From: Azolla caroliniana | Lineage: Eukaryota; Plantae; Polypodiophyta | NCBI GenBank assembly: GCA_043228905.1 | Contig: JBHGNT010000014.1 | Location: 8,122,001 to 8,186,000 of the forward strand | Reading direction: 5' to 3' | DNA: 64,000 nt | Shown here: positions 48,760-61,900 of the stretch, one piece after another | Layout of the letters: each line of letters begins with the position of its first letter | How positions within the stretch are numbered: the stretch's first letter is position 1 | Notes under the pieces: generated by a model | Database searches by the model: none | Told to the model about the DNA's origin: nothing | What the model saw: only the letters and a program-made list of their open reading frames with translations | Translations under genes and position numbers: made by a program

Positions 48760-48977
48760 TATATATATTGTGAAATGCACATAGAGAGAATCCAAAGTAG
48801 TCTATCTTGGTCCTTACTTCCTGCTTAATTTATAGTTGATATAGATATACCCATTTGGGTTGGTTTGACTACCAACTAATGCATGCTAAAAAGGTGGCAC
48901 AAAGGCACAAAGGTACACCATAGCATGAAGGCTTGTGCTTGCTAAATAAAAGGTGGTATAAAAGTACACCGCCCTTC

Positions 48978-50600
48978 TGTTGGAGTATTAGACCGTCAAT
49001 GCGGAAATAGGACATCATCTATACTAAGAAGATCACCTAGTTAGCTTATTAAAGCATGATCAAAGAGAGAGAGAGTGAGAGACAAAGACAAAGAGGCACA
49101 CAATATGTAATTGTATTATTCAAACTCAAAGATACAACCAATAGAGGCAACAACACTTTGGGCTAGGTTACAAAGCTATTTATATACTAACTAGGCTAGG
49201 GCAACTACCCTTTGATATACTTACAGAATTGTCCTAAACCTAGTTTGTGCTAAGTGTGAACACGACCATTATACACCTATATTCGATACTTCCCCGTAAT
49301 GGGCGTATACACTATGGAGAAACTTGTAATATGAAACAAGATGTACAAGTTATACAAAGACATGTTTGAGTAGATCGGCCTGTAGTTGAATCAATGACGA
49401 TCGAGAGGAAACAAAGGCCAAATCGGCTGGTTCGAGTACAGAAGTTGGTTCAGTTGTTAAGGCTGAGTGCTCGAAGCTATCTTGTTGTTCGACTTGATCA
49501 AACTGAATACTCCTTAAGCTCATCTGGTGCCGAAGTGACTGAAATCGTTCAGTTGCGAGACACTTGGTCATCCCATCTGATATGTTGTCGGTTGTGGAGA
49601 TATTCTCAAGGACGAGCTTCCTTGAAGTTGTGTAGTCCCGAACAAAGTGATACCAAACGTCGATATGCTTGGAGGCGTTGTGATGAACTAGATTCTTCGA
49701 CAGAGCAACAACACCTTGATTGTTGTTGTAGATCATTGTAGCCGAATTAGGGTCGGCTTGTCGAAACGTACACGCCATTTGACCGAGCCTTAGAGTCTCT
49801 TTCGCCGCATCGGACGTGGCCACGCTTTCCTCCTTGGTCATTCAAGTGGCCATGCACTCCTGAAGTTTCAACTTCAATGAAATTGCTCCATTACCGAATT
49901 TGAAGTAGTATCTGGTGGTTGACTTTCAACTATCCACATAGCCGGCATAGTCCGAGTCGGTGTAACTGACTATGCCTGGGTTCTTGTTCGGACCGAAAAG
50001 GATGCCAAGATCTTGTGTGCCCACAAGGTATCTAAATACATGCTTGACTGCATTCCAATGCGATTGACCTAGGTTGTGCATGATCTGCTAACGACTCCTA
50101 CGACGTGAGCAATGTCATGTCGTGTCACGACCATCGCGTACATCAAGGAGCCAATTGCCGGTGCATACGGTATCAACTTCATATGTTCACCCTCCAAACT
50201 GGATGTAGGGCAGTCTCATTGAGACAACCGAAGATTAATGGGGAGCAGGGTCGAAGTAGATTTGGCCGAGTGCATGTTGAAGCACTCAAGGACATGTTTG
50301 ATGTAGTTGGCTTGAGAGAGAAGCAATTGTCGCTGATTCTGGAACCGACTAATCTTCATGCTGAGAATGTGTTGAGTAGGACCTAGGTCTTTCATTGTGA
50401 ACTTTAACTGTAGTTGTTGAACACGATCGGCAAGCCCTTCAGCATGTCGGCCGAAGAGTAGCATGTCATCCACATATAAGATGAGGAAGATATTCATGAG
50501 ACCCATCTTTAGCTATTTTTGTGAAGAGGTAGTGGTCCTCATAGCTCTTTGAGAAGCCAACGGACTGGATAAAATCATCGAACTTCTTATACCACTTCTA
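48978..50600 (-). mobile_element. Copia-D 3' fragment (RT/RNase H remnant, PPT, LTR ~48978-49288), decayed
   Basis: LILYVDDML and SKHIDVWYHFVRD; purine-rich tract next to the LTR. Confidence 0.8.
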
Positions 50601-53370
50601 ACAGCATCAATAAGAAGTTACTTTGGTATTGTTGGTATGTTTTAAATGATGATCTGTTGTGAATTTGGAAGTTGGTTGGGGTAGCCATCTACATGTTAGA
50701 GAGCTCTTCTATTGTGATATGGGTTCTTCTATTGTGTGAAAGGTAATAATGCTTGTCTACATGTGATCATGCTCTGTTTTTGTTGCATGGTCTCGTCATT
50801 TCTACACACTATTTATTCGTATGATCCTTTCCTCTGCTTTGCCTTTCCCTCATCCACTACTTCATTGTAAATAGATGGGCACTTTGTCTATTGGGTTTAC
50901 CTTTCCTAGCAGTTGAGAGTTGATCGTAAACAGACAAAGGGTTTTGAAATATGGATTTGACCCACTCAAGCTAATAATTTAATCACACAAAGAAATCAGT
51001 TAAGAGGTATGAAGGATTCCAACATTTCAATTTGATATTCCAAAAGCTAATAATTCGTCCATGCAACAAAACTGTCCATGCACAAAACTTGAGAGATGTT
51101 ACTTCCTAATGGTTTCACCCACATATGAAGAGATTGAAAGTTGAAAAGAATTGAAGACAAATATACACAACCAGCTGTTTCTCTTAGGACCTGGATTACA
51201 TTGTTTAGAACTTCAACTATCATAACATAAATTCAAAGAAGCAGGCATCTCCTCGTTGCCGAACACTTTAACGTCTGATGAGAGGTTTCAGTCAGCCATG
51301 TACATATAAGACAGATGCAAATGAATACACAAGATTGAGCAAAATGCCCTAACATTAGGAGTAATCCAAAACTTTTAAAATCTGCGGGAGGTTCATCTGA
51401 AAACTCATGATCTGTTGGGCCACATAGGGTCAATTGTTTATGATGAAGGTTGACATTGCCATGCCTAATGGAGATACACAGACGTCCCTAAAGTAGATAT
51501 AAAGGGCAGAAAAGGTTATTTTTATATTAGTTTTCAACTTAAAAGGTAAGTCATTGTTCATTCAATGTAGTATGATCGATTTTCAAAGTTAGCGTTGCCG
51601 TGTCACATTGTGTTTTATGAATCTCTTTTTTGTCCCCGCTCAATTTTATACTCACTAATGTGTTTTATGATACTCTATGCACAAACTTGTTTATTACTGA
51701 TGACATGAATGAGTTACTTATTTGGTTGATCAAAATGTAGTCACAAATGGTGGTGTTGCAAAAGAGATGTTTTGTCTCTAACTAAATTTAAGCATAAATC
51801 AGGGTATGTTTGAATGGGATTTTCTATTTTCTCGATGCTAGAATCTCGACTTCTTCATTTTACTTACGCAAATTGACTTTATTCGATTAGCAAGTAGATT
51901 TGGTTGTCTTTATCTACTTCAACTTGTACAAATTCGAATCCATGCCTGCCAGCTTATTTCTTATTATTATTGAGTCCATCATAGAGGAGGAAGAACTCGT
52001 AAAAGAAGAAGCATTGGAGGCAGAGAGCGTCAACTTGAGTCTGAATTCAATAATTTATAAGAACATGAATCCAAAAACTACAATGATGAGGTAGTTTGAA
52101 ATTTCAGTAGTTTGAATGCATGATAATAGTACAATTGTAGATTATGGTATGGATGTCACCATTTCAAAGCCTTCTTATCGTAAAAAACATTTGTTGAATG
52201 AATTAAATAGCTTTCAATGTTGTTAAGTCATTAAAATGAAAGGAAAGGATATTAATTTGGATGTACTGATGGTATACTTTTTTGTTTCAAGAGTTGAGTC
52301 TTCTTGAAAAATGCACAGAGTTAAGGATGCTTGCTCAACAACTTCCGGTACTAATACTACCAGTGTTCAAACTGATGTTGCCTGTCAGGAATCTAAACGT
52401 TTTACATGTCAAGTGACATGCTTAAATGCATTTGTCGTTTACAAGAGGCCATCACATGATTTTCTTATGTGGCAAACCTCAAAAAAGGCTTACAAAGTTT
52501 ATTTGGAATTGCATGCGCTATGCACTGCCTCTTTGTTCAGGACACCTCCCTTTTCTTTACCTTTATCTATGGATTTCAAGCTCATGTATCACAGATAACA
52601 TCCGGAATCAAGATACTTTCTATTTGAGACTCTTTTCTATAGCTATAAATACAATAGCATTGGCAAAACATTGCTTGCAATGGCAATGTAGTTGTGTACA
52701 AGTAAGATATATAAGCACAGATAAGGTATAGAATGTGTAGTAACACAACAGATCTAGATTTGATTTAGTAACACTTATAAAATATTGAGCTCATTTCTTG
52801 TTTCCGAATGGTATATGATGACATAATTTTTTTTTTTTGTAGATAGAAAATAGGGAAGCTGAATTATCTCTACAGGATGAAAATGAACAAAGTGTTGAAG
52901 AGGTAACAAATCTGCTGAAGGAATATGCTGACGACATTAAAGCACGTAAAGAAGACTTACAAAAATTGCAAGTAGATTGAAGCATTTTATTCAAAGAGTA
53001 AGGTTCAACTTTGAATTTTAGATTAAACATTGTCTGAAGCATATACATCCTACTTGAAATTTCCTGAAGTATAGGACATCTCTTATGTTTCCCTTACTCA
53101 ATAAGGAAGAAAGTAAGCCCCTGTGTTCTTTCCTTTCATGAGGACAACAAATTCTGTGTAGATCTCTTGTTGTAGAATAGTGTCCTGCTACCTTGTCCAT
53201 CTATTCTGCCTTTTTGACCTAATGGTTTTGTAGGTGTTGAGCTCTACTTAAATGAAAGAAACATGTTGGTCTGTCAACAATATACAAAAAGCCTTAATAA
53301 TACTATATCTTCTTTAACCTCCTGGTTGGGTCAGATGTAAGATCTAGTGTCACATAATGCTATTGATTAC

Positions 53371-55185
53371 TATAAAGAATCGGGTATGATTCTTGTGTAT
53401 CGGAAGAGATGTGTGTTATGTGTATGTGTGAGAGGAATTAGAGGAGAGATGAGAGAACACAAGATAGATAGAAAATAAAGGAATACTCAAGAAGAAGGTA
53501 TATATTTCACAAGTAGAATAAGAATTACAAAATGTAGCATAATAAGGAGTCACAACCGACTTAGTATAAAGTATGAGGAGGGTGCTTTATATAGAGTCAC
53601 CCTCTCTCTTCATTAACTTACAACAACCACTCTCTCTCTTGGGGAATGTGAAGAATCATAGTCATGGGGAATATGTAACTCATTAGTTATGTGTCATAGA
53701 ATATGATTCTATGACACATAGTTAATGTGTATAGAGTAGTGGTGTAACTCTTGACCTTTGAGTAATCATACATTCTCAAAAGGTGTGTCAACATGTTGTG
53801 TGTCATAGAATATGATTCTATGACACATAGTTAATGTGTATAGAGTAGTGGTGTAACTCTTGACCTTTGAGTAATCATACATTCTCAAAAGGTGTGTCAA
53901 CATGTTGTGCTATGTTGAACTTGATTCTCAACACACCCCCTCAAGCTCAACTCGGGTTGGTTCCTTTCGATTGATGTCTGCTTCGGTTGATATCCAGTTT
54001 GGACGATCTCCGATGTCCGCTTCGGCTCGTACCTGGTTCGGACGGTATCCGGTTCTCGCTTGTACTCCCCCTCAAGCTTGGCAAGTCAGGGATCGTCAAT
54101 CCAAGGTCTGACATGAATTGCTGAAGCTTGTCGGCTCCTAAGGCTTTGGTGAAGATGTCGGCCGTCTAAAGATTCGTGTTGATGTGTTGAAGGTCGACAT
54201 CTCCGGCCTGTACGCACTCTCGAATGAAGTGATAGTGCACTTTGATGTGCTTTGTGTGCGCGTGGAACACCGGGTTCCGAGCAAGATATATACTGCTCAT
54301 ATTGTCGTAGTAAATGGGAGTTGGATCCTTGATGGGGACGCCCAGATCCTTCAAAATCCTCTTGAGCCATACGGCTTCACATGCAGCTACGACTGCGCCC
54401 CTGTATTCGGCCTCCGTACTCGAAAGTGCGACTGTAGGCTGCTTCTTACTACTCCAAGATATTGCTCCGCTACTGAGCGAGAAGACAAATCCGGAGGTCG
54501 ATCGTTGATCAACTTTGTAGCCTGCCCAGTCCGCGTCTGTGTGCCCTTCGAGTCGTATTGGTGTGGCTGATGCGTAGAGAATGGTGTAATCCATTGTGCT
54601 GCTCACGTATCATAATACTCGCTTAGCGCAATCTAAGTGAATGTCGCACGGTTTTTGCATGAATCTGAGAAGTCCGACTGGATAGCTAAGGTCGGGTCGA
54701 GTGATCGTGAGATAGATGAGGCTCCCAATTAGTTGACGATATAGGGTCGGCTCGTACTCGTCTGTGCCGGAGTTAGCATCTAGTTTGAGGTTTTGATCGA
54801 GAGGCATAGCGATCGATTTGCACTCACTCATCCGGAACTTGTATAACAAGTTGAGAATGTAGTGCCGTTGAGAGATCATAATGGCGGTCGGAATCCGAAT
54901 TACTTTGATGCCAAGGAAGTACTGGAGCTCCTTCATGTCCATCATCTCAAATTTTCCGGAAAGGAGGGACTTGACCTTGTTGATGTCGACTAGACTTTCA
55001 CCTCCAATGACCAGATCATCCACGTATAGGATGATGACAATTAGGCTTCTAGAGTCGTGTCATACGTAGAGGGAGTTGTTGGGTTTCGACATTTGAAAGT
55101 TGATTTGATGAAGATAGTGGGTAATCTTCGAATGCCAAGCACGCGGTGCTTGCTTAAGACCGTAGAGTGGCTTCTTGAGTCGGCA
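53371..55185 (-). mobile_element. Copia-E 3' part (LTR 53371-53933, RNase H, RT), interrupted by Gypsy-3
   Basis: Homologous to Copia-C; RT is cut just before [17 protein letters not shown] at 55185. Confidence 0.92.
53690..53907. repeat. 109-bp tandem duplication in the Copia-E LTR U3
   Basis: Two apparently identical units starting at 53690 and 53799. Confidence 0.92.
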
Positions 55186-55575
55186 TGTTGTCTGCCTGGC
55201 CAGACTAGCCTCAACACCGGTGTCTATCCGACACTTCTCCAAAGGGGTGGTAAGGATTGGATGCTAGGTTACACGCGTAAGATGATTACAATTAAGCACA
55301 GACGGTAAACAATACGAAGATACAGATAAACACGCAATAATTACGTTTGTATTACTTCCGTCAAACCCTTTACAAATCATCGGATCCTTTTATAGGCATC
55401 CGACAAGGTTACAATCGGTGCGCTTAGGCAACCGACATCTGAATCGGTCCGGATCCGGATCGGTACAACTGTACCGGATCCGTCCCTCCGAATAATAATT
55501 CTACTATTATTTACTTCCTATTATCCGATCCGACTCCGCCTTCCCACTTGTCCTTGCTCTTCTGACCGGCCAACA
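55186..55575 (-). repeat. Gypsy-3 3' LTR
   Basis: tgttg...caaca ends; similar to 11198-11647. Confidence 0.88.
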
Positions 55576-55625
55576 CATGGCACTTCCGTGGGAAAGTGCC
55601 TTGCACTTCGAATCCACTCCCGGCC

Positions 55626-58600
55626 TCATTCTTCCTCCAAAATATCGAGCACACTCTGCTCGATGGTGTCAAGTGGTGCTTCTTCCTCCTGTTCCTTGCC
55701 TGCCTGGTCTCCGACCTCCGGTTGGGTTGGCTGTTCCGTAAAAATTTGCTGCTCCGGCTCTGCTTGATTCCGTGGTGCCGGTGCTTCCTCGCCGCTTCGT
55801 CCGGGTTCTTCTTGTTCTCCCTCTGTTCCAGGCTCTGTTCTGTTACCAGTGTCGCTTTCTCCGGTCTCGACTGGTTGGCTTGGTACGCCTCCTTCCTCTG
55901 CTCTGGTGTCTTCCGGTCTCAGCTCTTCTTCTTCTCCGGCATCGGTCTGCTCCTGCTCTTCTTGATTTCCTTCGAACAGAAGTTCTTCTTCGGGTATTCC
56001 TTGTCGGGGTTGTTCGGTGTCGGTTGGTTCAACTTCAGCCGGTCGCTCTCCCTCACTTATAGTGATTGGCATCGTTCTTCCCTTGGCTTCCTGTCGTAAC
56101 CGGTCTTGCTCGTATTTCTCCAACTCCAACTGCGTTGCGAGCTGCCCGTCATCCAACCTCTCTACCAACCCTCGTATTTCTTTGAGATGTTCTTCCGCTA
56201 AAGCGTAGAAATCCTCCGACAATTCTTCCCGAATGGCGCCGATACTTTCTTCATCCATCTTGTAGAACTTGTCACCGGTCTTCCTCCGATTCTCGGCATC
56301 CGCTCGGAGTGTCTGCAGCTCGGCTGCCTGTTGTGACCACTCCTTCCATAGCTTTTCCGTACTTTCGTTGATGTTTGCCTGAGCTCGGGTACTCCAACCT
56401 GACATGATGAGCTTGATCCGGTCAACCCCCGCCTTAGCATGCGCATAAGCTTCTTGCTTTTCCTTCCTTGCCCGTTTTATAATGTCGACCATTATCTGAG
56501 CCTGGGCCTCGTAATCCGCTTTCTGCTTTTCATAGGTACTTTGCAGTTTGCTGATCGTGAAGGTCGATCTTTCCTTTTCTTCATTCCTGATCTTGGTCAG
56601 ATCTAGCTTTTCCCGCCTTAGCGCCTCTAATTCCTTCCTTCTCTCCGTCACTTGGGCTATTTCCGCCGACAATGCTTCCTTTTTGGCACTGACCTCATCC
56701 ATTGCCTTAGCCAGATCTAATCGGGTCTCTTTGAGCTGTTCTTTCAGCTTCTCTATTTGCCGGTCGTAGTCTGCTGCCCGTTTCTTGTTGTCCGACTCGG
56801 CCTGCTTGTGATCTTGGTAGAGACGGTCGAAGTCCTCCGTCTTCTGCTTCAGGTGTCGGTTTGCTTGAGCTCTTAATCGGTCGTCCCGGTCCTTCTGTTG
56901 TTGGAGTTCTTCCTGCAGTCGTTCTATCTCCTACTCGGCATGTCGACGCAGTCGGTCCTTCTCCTTTTGCAGCTTCTCTTTTTCTTCTTGCAGTCGGTCA
57001 TTAGTGGCTCGGCCTTTCCGGAGGCCTTCTTCCATTTTCCGTCTGTCGTCCTCCACCACTTTCCGCTGCTCCCTTTCTTTTTCCCTTAATGCCTCCTGAG
57101 CTTTTAACTCCTCTCGTAAGGTTTCTATTATTTTTTCGGTCTCAGGGCCGGTTTGCAAGGCTACCGGTTCCGGTTCCGGTTCTGGTTGCTTCCTTGTTGT
57201 CCCGACCGGCTCGGTAACAACTTGTGCTTGTTGAATTCCTTCCCTTGCCTGCAACAACTCCCCTTGCATTTCCTCGATCTGTGTTCGGAGTGCGATCAAC
57301 TCCTGAGTTGTTGTATGCGTCAGCTGTTGCCTACACGTTTCTTCTTCCTCTAACTGGTCCGCTACTCCCGATAACTGCTCCGAAAGCCATCTCAACCATT
57401 GTGGCTTTGTGCTTCCTGTGTCGGGGTGGCCTTGCTCACTTCTACTCCTTAACTCAGGCTGTGTTTCCGGCCTTTTCTCTGGCTCCGACGCTTGTTCATT
57501 CCTCTTCTCTGGGATGACCGGTTCTCTGAAGTCCGGCAAAACCGGTGTCGGTGCTGCTTCCCTCGGTACGGGTTCCGGTACTGCTTCCGCCTCGGCTATT
57601 GGAGGTGGTCCTTGTGCCCTCTGCTGAGTTTTGTCAACTGGTGGAGCCAGTCCTTTCACCCGTCTCTCCCGACCTTGTCTTGCTGGGAGTCTTACCAGTG
57701 GTTCGGATGAGTCTTCTGTTTCAGTTTCCTCCTCCGGTGCGGCTACCAGACGGACCTTTTGTATAAAGACCTCTGGTTCCGGTTCCGGCCGTCGCAGCGT
57801 TATATTGATTGGTTTGAGCGCTATCGGTTCCTCCTCGGCCGATTTCCCTTTGCCTTTTCCTGCCGGTTTTGCCTTTGTTGCCGGTTCCTGTTGCTGTCGG
57901 GATGGTCCTTCCCCCCGCTGTTCTGCTTCTTGCTGGGTCCATCCGGGGGTGTGTTTCTCCAGGATCTGTCGGCGCTTTGTGACCTTTTTCGGCGTCGTCT
58001 CCTGCCGACCTCTTTTCTTTTGTGTGATGGGGAGCACCGGTGGGACTAACACCATTAGCCATTGTGCTATCCCGGCCCATGGCTTTTTTCCTTCCACAAG
58101 ATTCTTGATGGCCTCCTTCAATCCTTCGGTTATGAAATGGAGCCAGTCCACTTGTAATCCTTCGTACGCTGCTATTAAGAACGCTGCTCGGTACCTGGCT
58201 ATGGCCGGGGGACGAGGATTCACGAATCCGTATTCCATCATGGCGCGGGCCACTTCTCCGAACAACAGGTTCTCTCCGCCCTGCGTTCGGTACGCCTTGC
58301 TGCTGATAGAATACTCACCGAAATATTCGAACAGGATTTCACTTGAAGGGTTTTCGATTGTTTGAAGTCCTCCTGCTTTTATCCACGTGAGCGCCTACAC
58401 CGCTCCTTCCGTGATTTCTGATAAATCAATCGATGCTGCCGCCTGCTCTGGTTCTGCGTGTGGTGGAGCGTCGGCGATCCTCAGCAATCCTTTTAACCCG
58501 TTCTCCCTCATCCATTGGCGTGCCTCCTCCAACAGTACCATTGTTTCGAGTTCTTCTTTTGCTGTCTGTTGTTCGGAATCGGGCTGTGTGTGCGCTGTGC

Positions 58601-58742
58601 GTCGGATCGCTCTTCTGTGCTTCTGCGCCTGTGTGTAGGAAAATTCGTAAAATGTAAGTCCTTCGTAGGCCTGTGTCTTATATAGTGGGTCTTGCGTCGA
58701 GCCGCCCTTTTTCGTTTCCCGCGCATGTTCATCTCCCGCCAT
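55626..58742 (-). pseudogene. Gypsy-3 extra 3' ORF (~1038 codons, coiled-coil) with two in-frame TAG stops
   Basis: ORFs 58395-58811, 56931-58265 and 55626-56702 share one frame; the gaps are open except for TAG at 58395 and 56931. Confidence 0.85.
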
Positions 58743-58955
58743 AATTAGTATGTCCTTTCTTGCTTGCCGCGTGTGAGTGCCCACGTTCCATGCTTTAAAT
58801 AGCAAGTACACGCACGTCCTTCTTTAATGCATGGCGCCTCTTCGTTGCATGGTGGCGCTCCCACCTCTTATGATCTCCCCATCACTACTATGATTCGCGC
58901 CGATTTGGCCCACGTCTTTTTTTTTTCTTTTTTTTTTTTCTTTGTTTGGACCACG

Positions 58956-61900
58956 TCATTTTCTGGTCCCCCCCGATTTGTTCGGGTCAGTTCGCGTTGA
59001 TACCGGATCCTTCTGTCGGTTTTCCGGGATAGTCTTTGTCAGTATCGGTGTTGGTTCTTCCTCGGTCCGAATATCTTTAGCAGCGTTTGTCGGTGTCAGT
59101 TCCACATCTTGCCGGATTTCCGGGTTTTGCTTGAATGGGTTGGCTGGCATATTTCCCTTATACGGCTTTAGCCGAAACCCATTTGCCCACTTACCGATGA
59201 CATCTCCAGACAACGTGCCGAGCTGATACGACCCATTGTACTCCTTGGTGATCCAGAACGGTCCGGTCCACCGAAACCGCAACTTTCCCGGCATGTTCCC
59301 CATCCGTGTCTGGAATAGTAGCACCGGTTTCCCGACTTCGAACTCCTTTTCGTTGCCACGCTGGTGTCGGTCCACGAAAGCTTTTCTCCTCCTTTGCTCC
59401 AGTTCGAGTTGTAGTAAGCTAGCTATTCGGTTTTCTTCTAATTCCAACAACGTCGCCAGCCGGATTCGTTCGGACTCCTTCTCACTTAAGCGCTCCTTTA
59501 CCTGGATCCGTAAAGCTGGGGATCTAGAACTCTACCTGCATGACAGCTTCTAAACCGAATGCTAGTCGGAACGGGGTTGTCCGGATGCTGGTTTTGTACG
59601 TTGTTCGGTACGCCCATAGCGCGCTTTGCAATTTCGTATCCCAGTCGGTCCGGTTCTCGTTGACGATTTTTTGTAGGATGTTCTGTAGAGTTTTGTTCGT
59701 TGATTCCGCTAGTCCATTGGCTTCAGGGTAGTAGGGAGTACTCCTTTTATGTACCACCGCGTAAAATGACGTCAGGCTTTCTACTACCTGCCCGAGAAAA
59801 TGTCCTCCTTGGTCACTTATAAGCTCGATCGGGCATCCATATCGGCACCATATGCACTCGTACAGGAACTTTTCCGTGGACGCGGCCGTGTTGTCCCGTA
59901 AGGCCTTTGCTTCTACCCATTTGGTGCAATAGTCGGTCGCCACTATGACATACCGATTTCCGGTTCGCATTGCCGGTGGCTTGAAGGGACCGACAAAGTC
60001 CAAACCCCACTTTTGAAACGGTTCCAATGGCAAGACCGGGTGGTGTGGCATCCGGGCCTGCTCCGTGGGTTGGCCCAGCCGTTGACACAAATCGCATTCT
60101 CTGCTATACTTCACGGCATCTTTTAGGGTGGTGGGCCACCACAGTCCGCTCTGCCATATTTTCCGAGCGGTTGCGTCGCCAGCATAGTGCCCGCCGGCAA
60201 TTCCACAGTGGGCTTCCCTGAGGATTAAATCCTTCTCATCGCTCCGCACTGCTCGTCTCCAGATGCCATCTGCCCCCTTGTGATAGAGGGTGTCTCCAAC
60301 CAAGCAGAAATGTCTGCTTCTTACTACTACCCTTTTCCTTTCATCGCGGTCCATGTTCTCCGGGGGTACTCCGGTGCTCAGGAACTGATGCATCTCAGTT
60401 AGCCATGTGTCTTCATCGGCTACCGTTGCATCCGTTGCCGGTTTCGTCATGATCCGGAACAACTCGGTGTCAGGGAACTCATCCTGGACGCCGTCCCCTG
60501 CTTCTCCGGATTCGAGTCTGCTTAGGTAGTCCACTACCGCATGCTGCGCCCCGGGTCGGTGGAAAATGTCGAATTCAAATTCCTGTAACAGCAGTGTCCA
60601 TCGTGCAATTTTTCCCATCAAGGATGCCTTCGAAGCCAGGTAGAGTAGTGCCGAATGGTCGACATGGAAGGAAAACTTCCTTCCGAGCAGATAGTGCCTG
60701 TACTTTGTGACACTATACACCATTCCCAATGCCTCGCGTTCTGTCGTAGAGTAATTCCGTTCTGCTTTTGAGAGTTTCCGGCTTGCGTAGTACACCGGTT
60801 GGTACCATTTCGGCTCCATGAGTTGCATCAGAACGCTGCCGATTGCTACGTCCGACGCGTCGACGAAGACGTGAAAGCTTTTACTCCAATCCGGTGGTTG
60901 CACAACCGGAGCTTGCAACAGCATAACCTTCAACGCTTGGTAGGCTTCCTCCTCCGTCTCTGCCCATAGGAAGGGTACCCTGTGTACGGCGGTATGTAAT
61001 GGTGTAGCGAAGTCTGCGAGGTGCCGTATCATCCGGCTATGCCACCTTATTTGGCCCAGGAACCGGCTTAAAGCCTTTGCGTTATTTGGTGCTGGTGCCT
61101 TGAGAATCGCCTTGACTTTATCCGGATCTACCGCGATTCCTTCCTTACTCACCACGTGCCCTAGTAAGTTGCCGCTTGCCACTCCAAAGACGCACTTGGC
61201 CGGGTTCAGGCTCAATCGGTACTCGCGACACTTCTCCAAGCACAACCGGAGGTGATCGAGATGCTCTCCGTGCCGGCTGTAGACCGCGAAATCGTCAAGG
61301 AAGACTTGCATAAAACCGGGGATATATTCCCTGAAAATTTCCATTATTATCCTTTGAAAGGTCGCTGGAGCCGTCTTTAGTCCGAACATCATCACGACCG
61401 CGACGAACACTCCCCATTCCATAACGAACGCTGTCTTCTCCTGGTCAGCCGGGTTCATTCGTATTTGGTTGTAGCCGCTAAATCCATCCAGGAAGCTGTA
61501 AACTTCGTGGACGGCTACCGCATCTAACACCCCGTCCGTAAATGGTAGTGGAAACGCATCGGTCACTGTTGCGGCATTTAGTTTGCGATAGTCCACGCAT
61601 ACCCGGATTTTGCCGTTCTTTTTCGGGACCACCACTATCGGACTCAGCCAGGTTGCCTGCTTGACCGGTCGGATAAATCCGACCCTGAGGAGCTTATCAA
61701 TTTCCTCCTTCACCTTCGCCGCATAATTCGGATTCATCCGGTACCTGCGTTGGGCGATCGGTTTCGCGTCCGTACTTAGGTGAATTTGGTGCTGATAGAG
61801 CTGGGGGTCCAACCCTCGCATGTCTTCGTACGACCACGCAAACACATCCTTGAAGTCTGTTAATAATGTTACCATTGCCTTCTTTTCTTCCTTCGGCAAT

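Noticed and set aside
55626-58742. Retroviral envelope gene or captured host myosin/SMC gene
   Set aside because: No evident signal peptide, transmembrane helix, motor or ATPase motif; coiled-coil composition alone is uninformative
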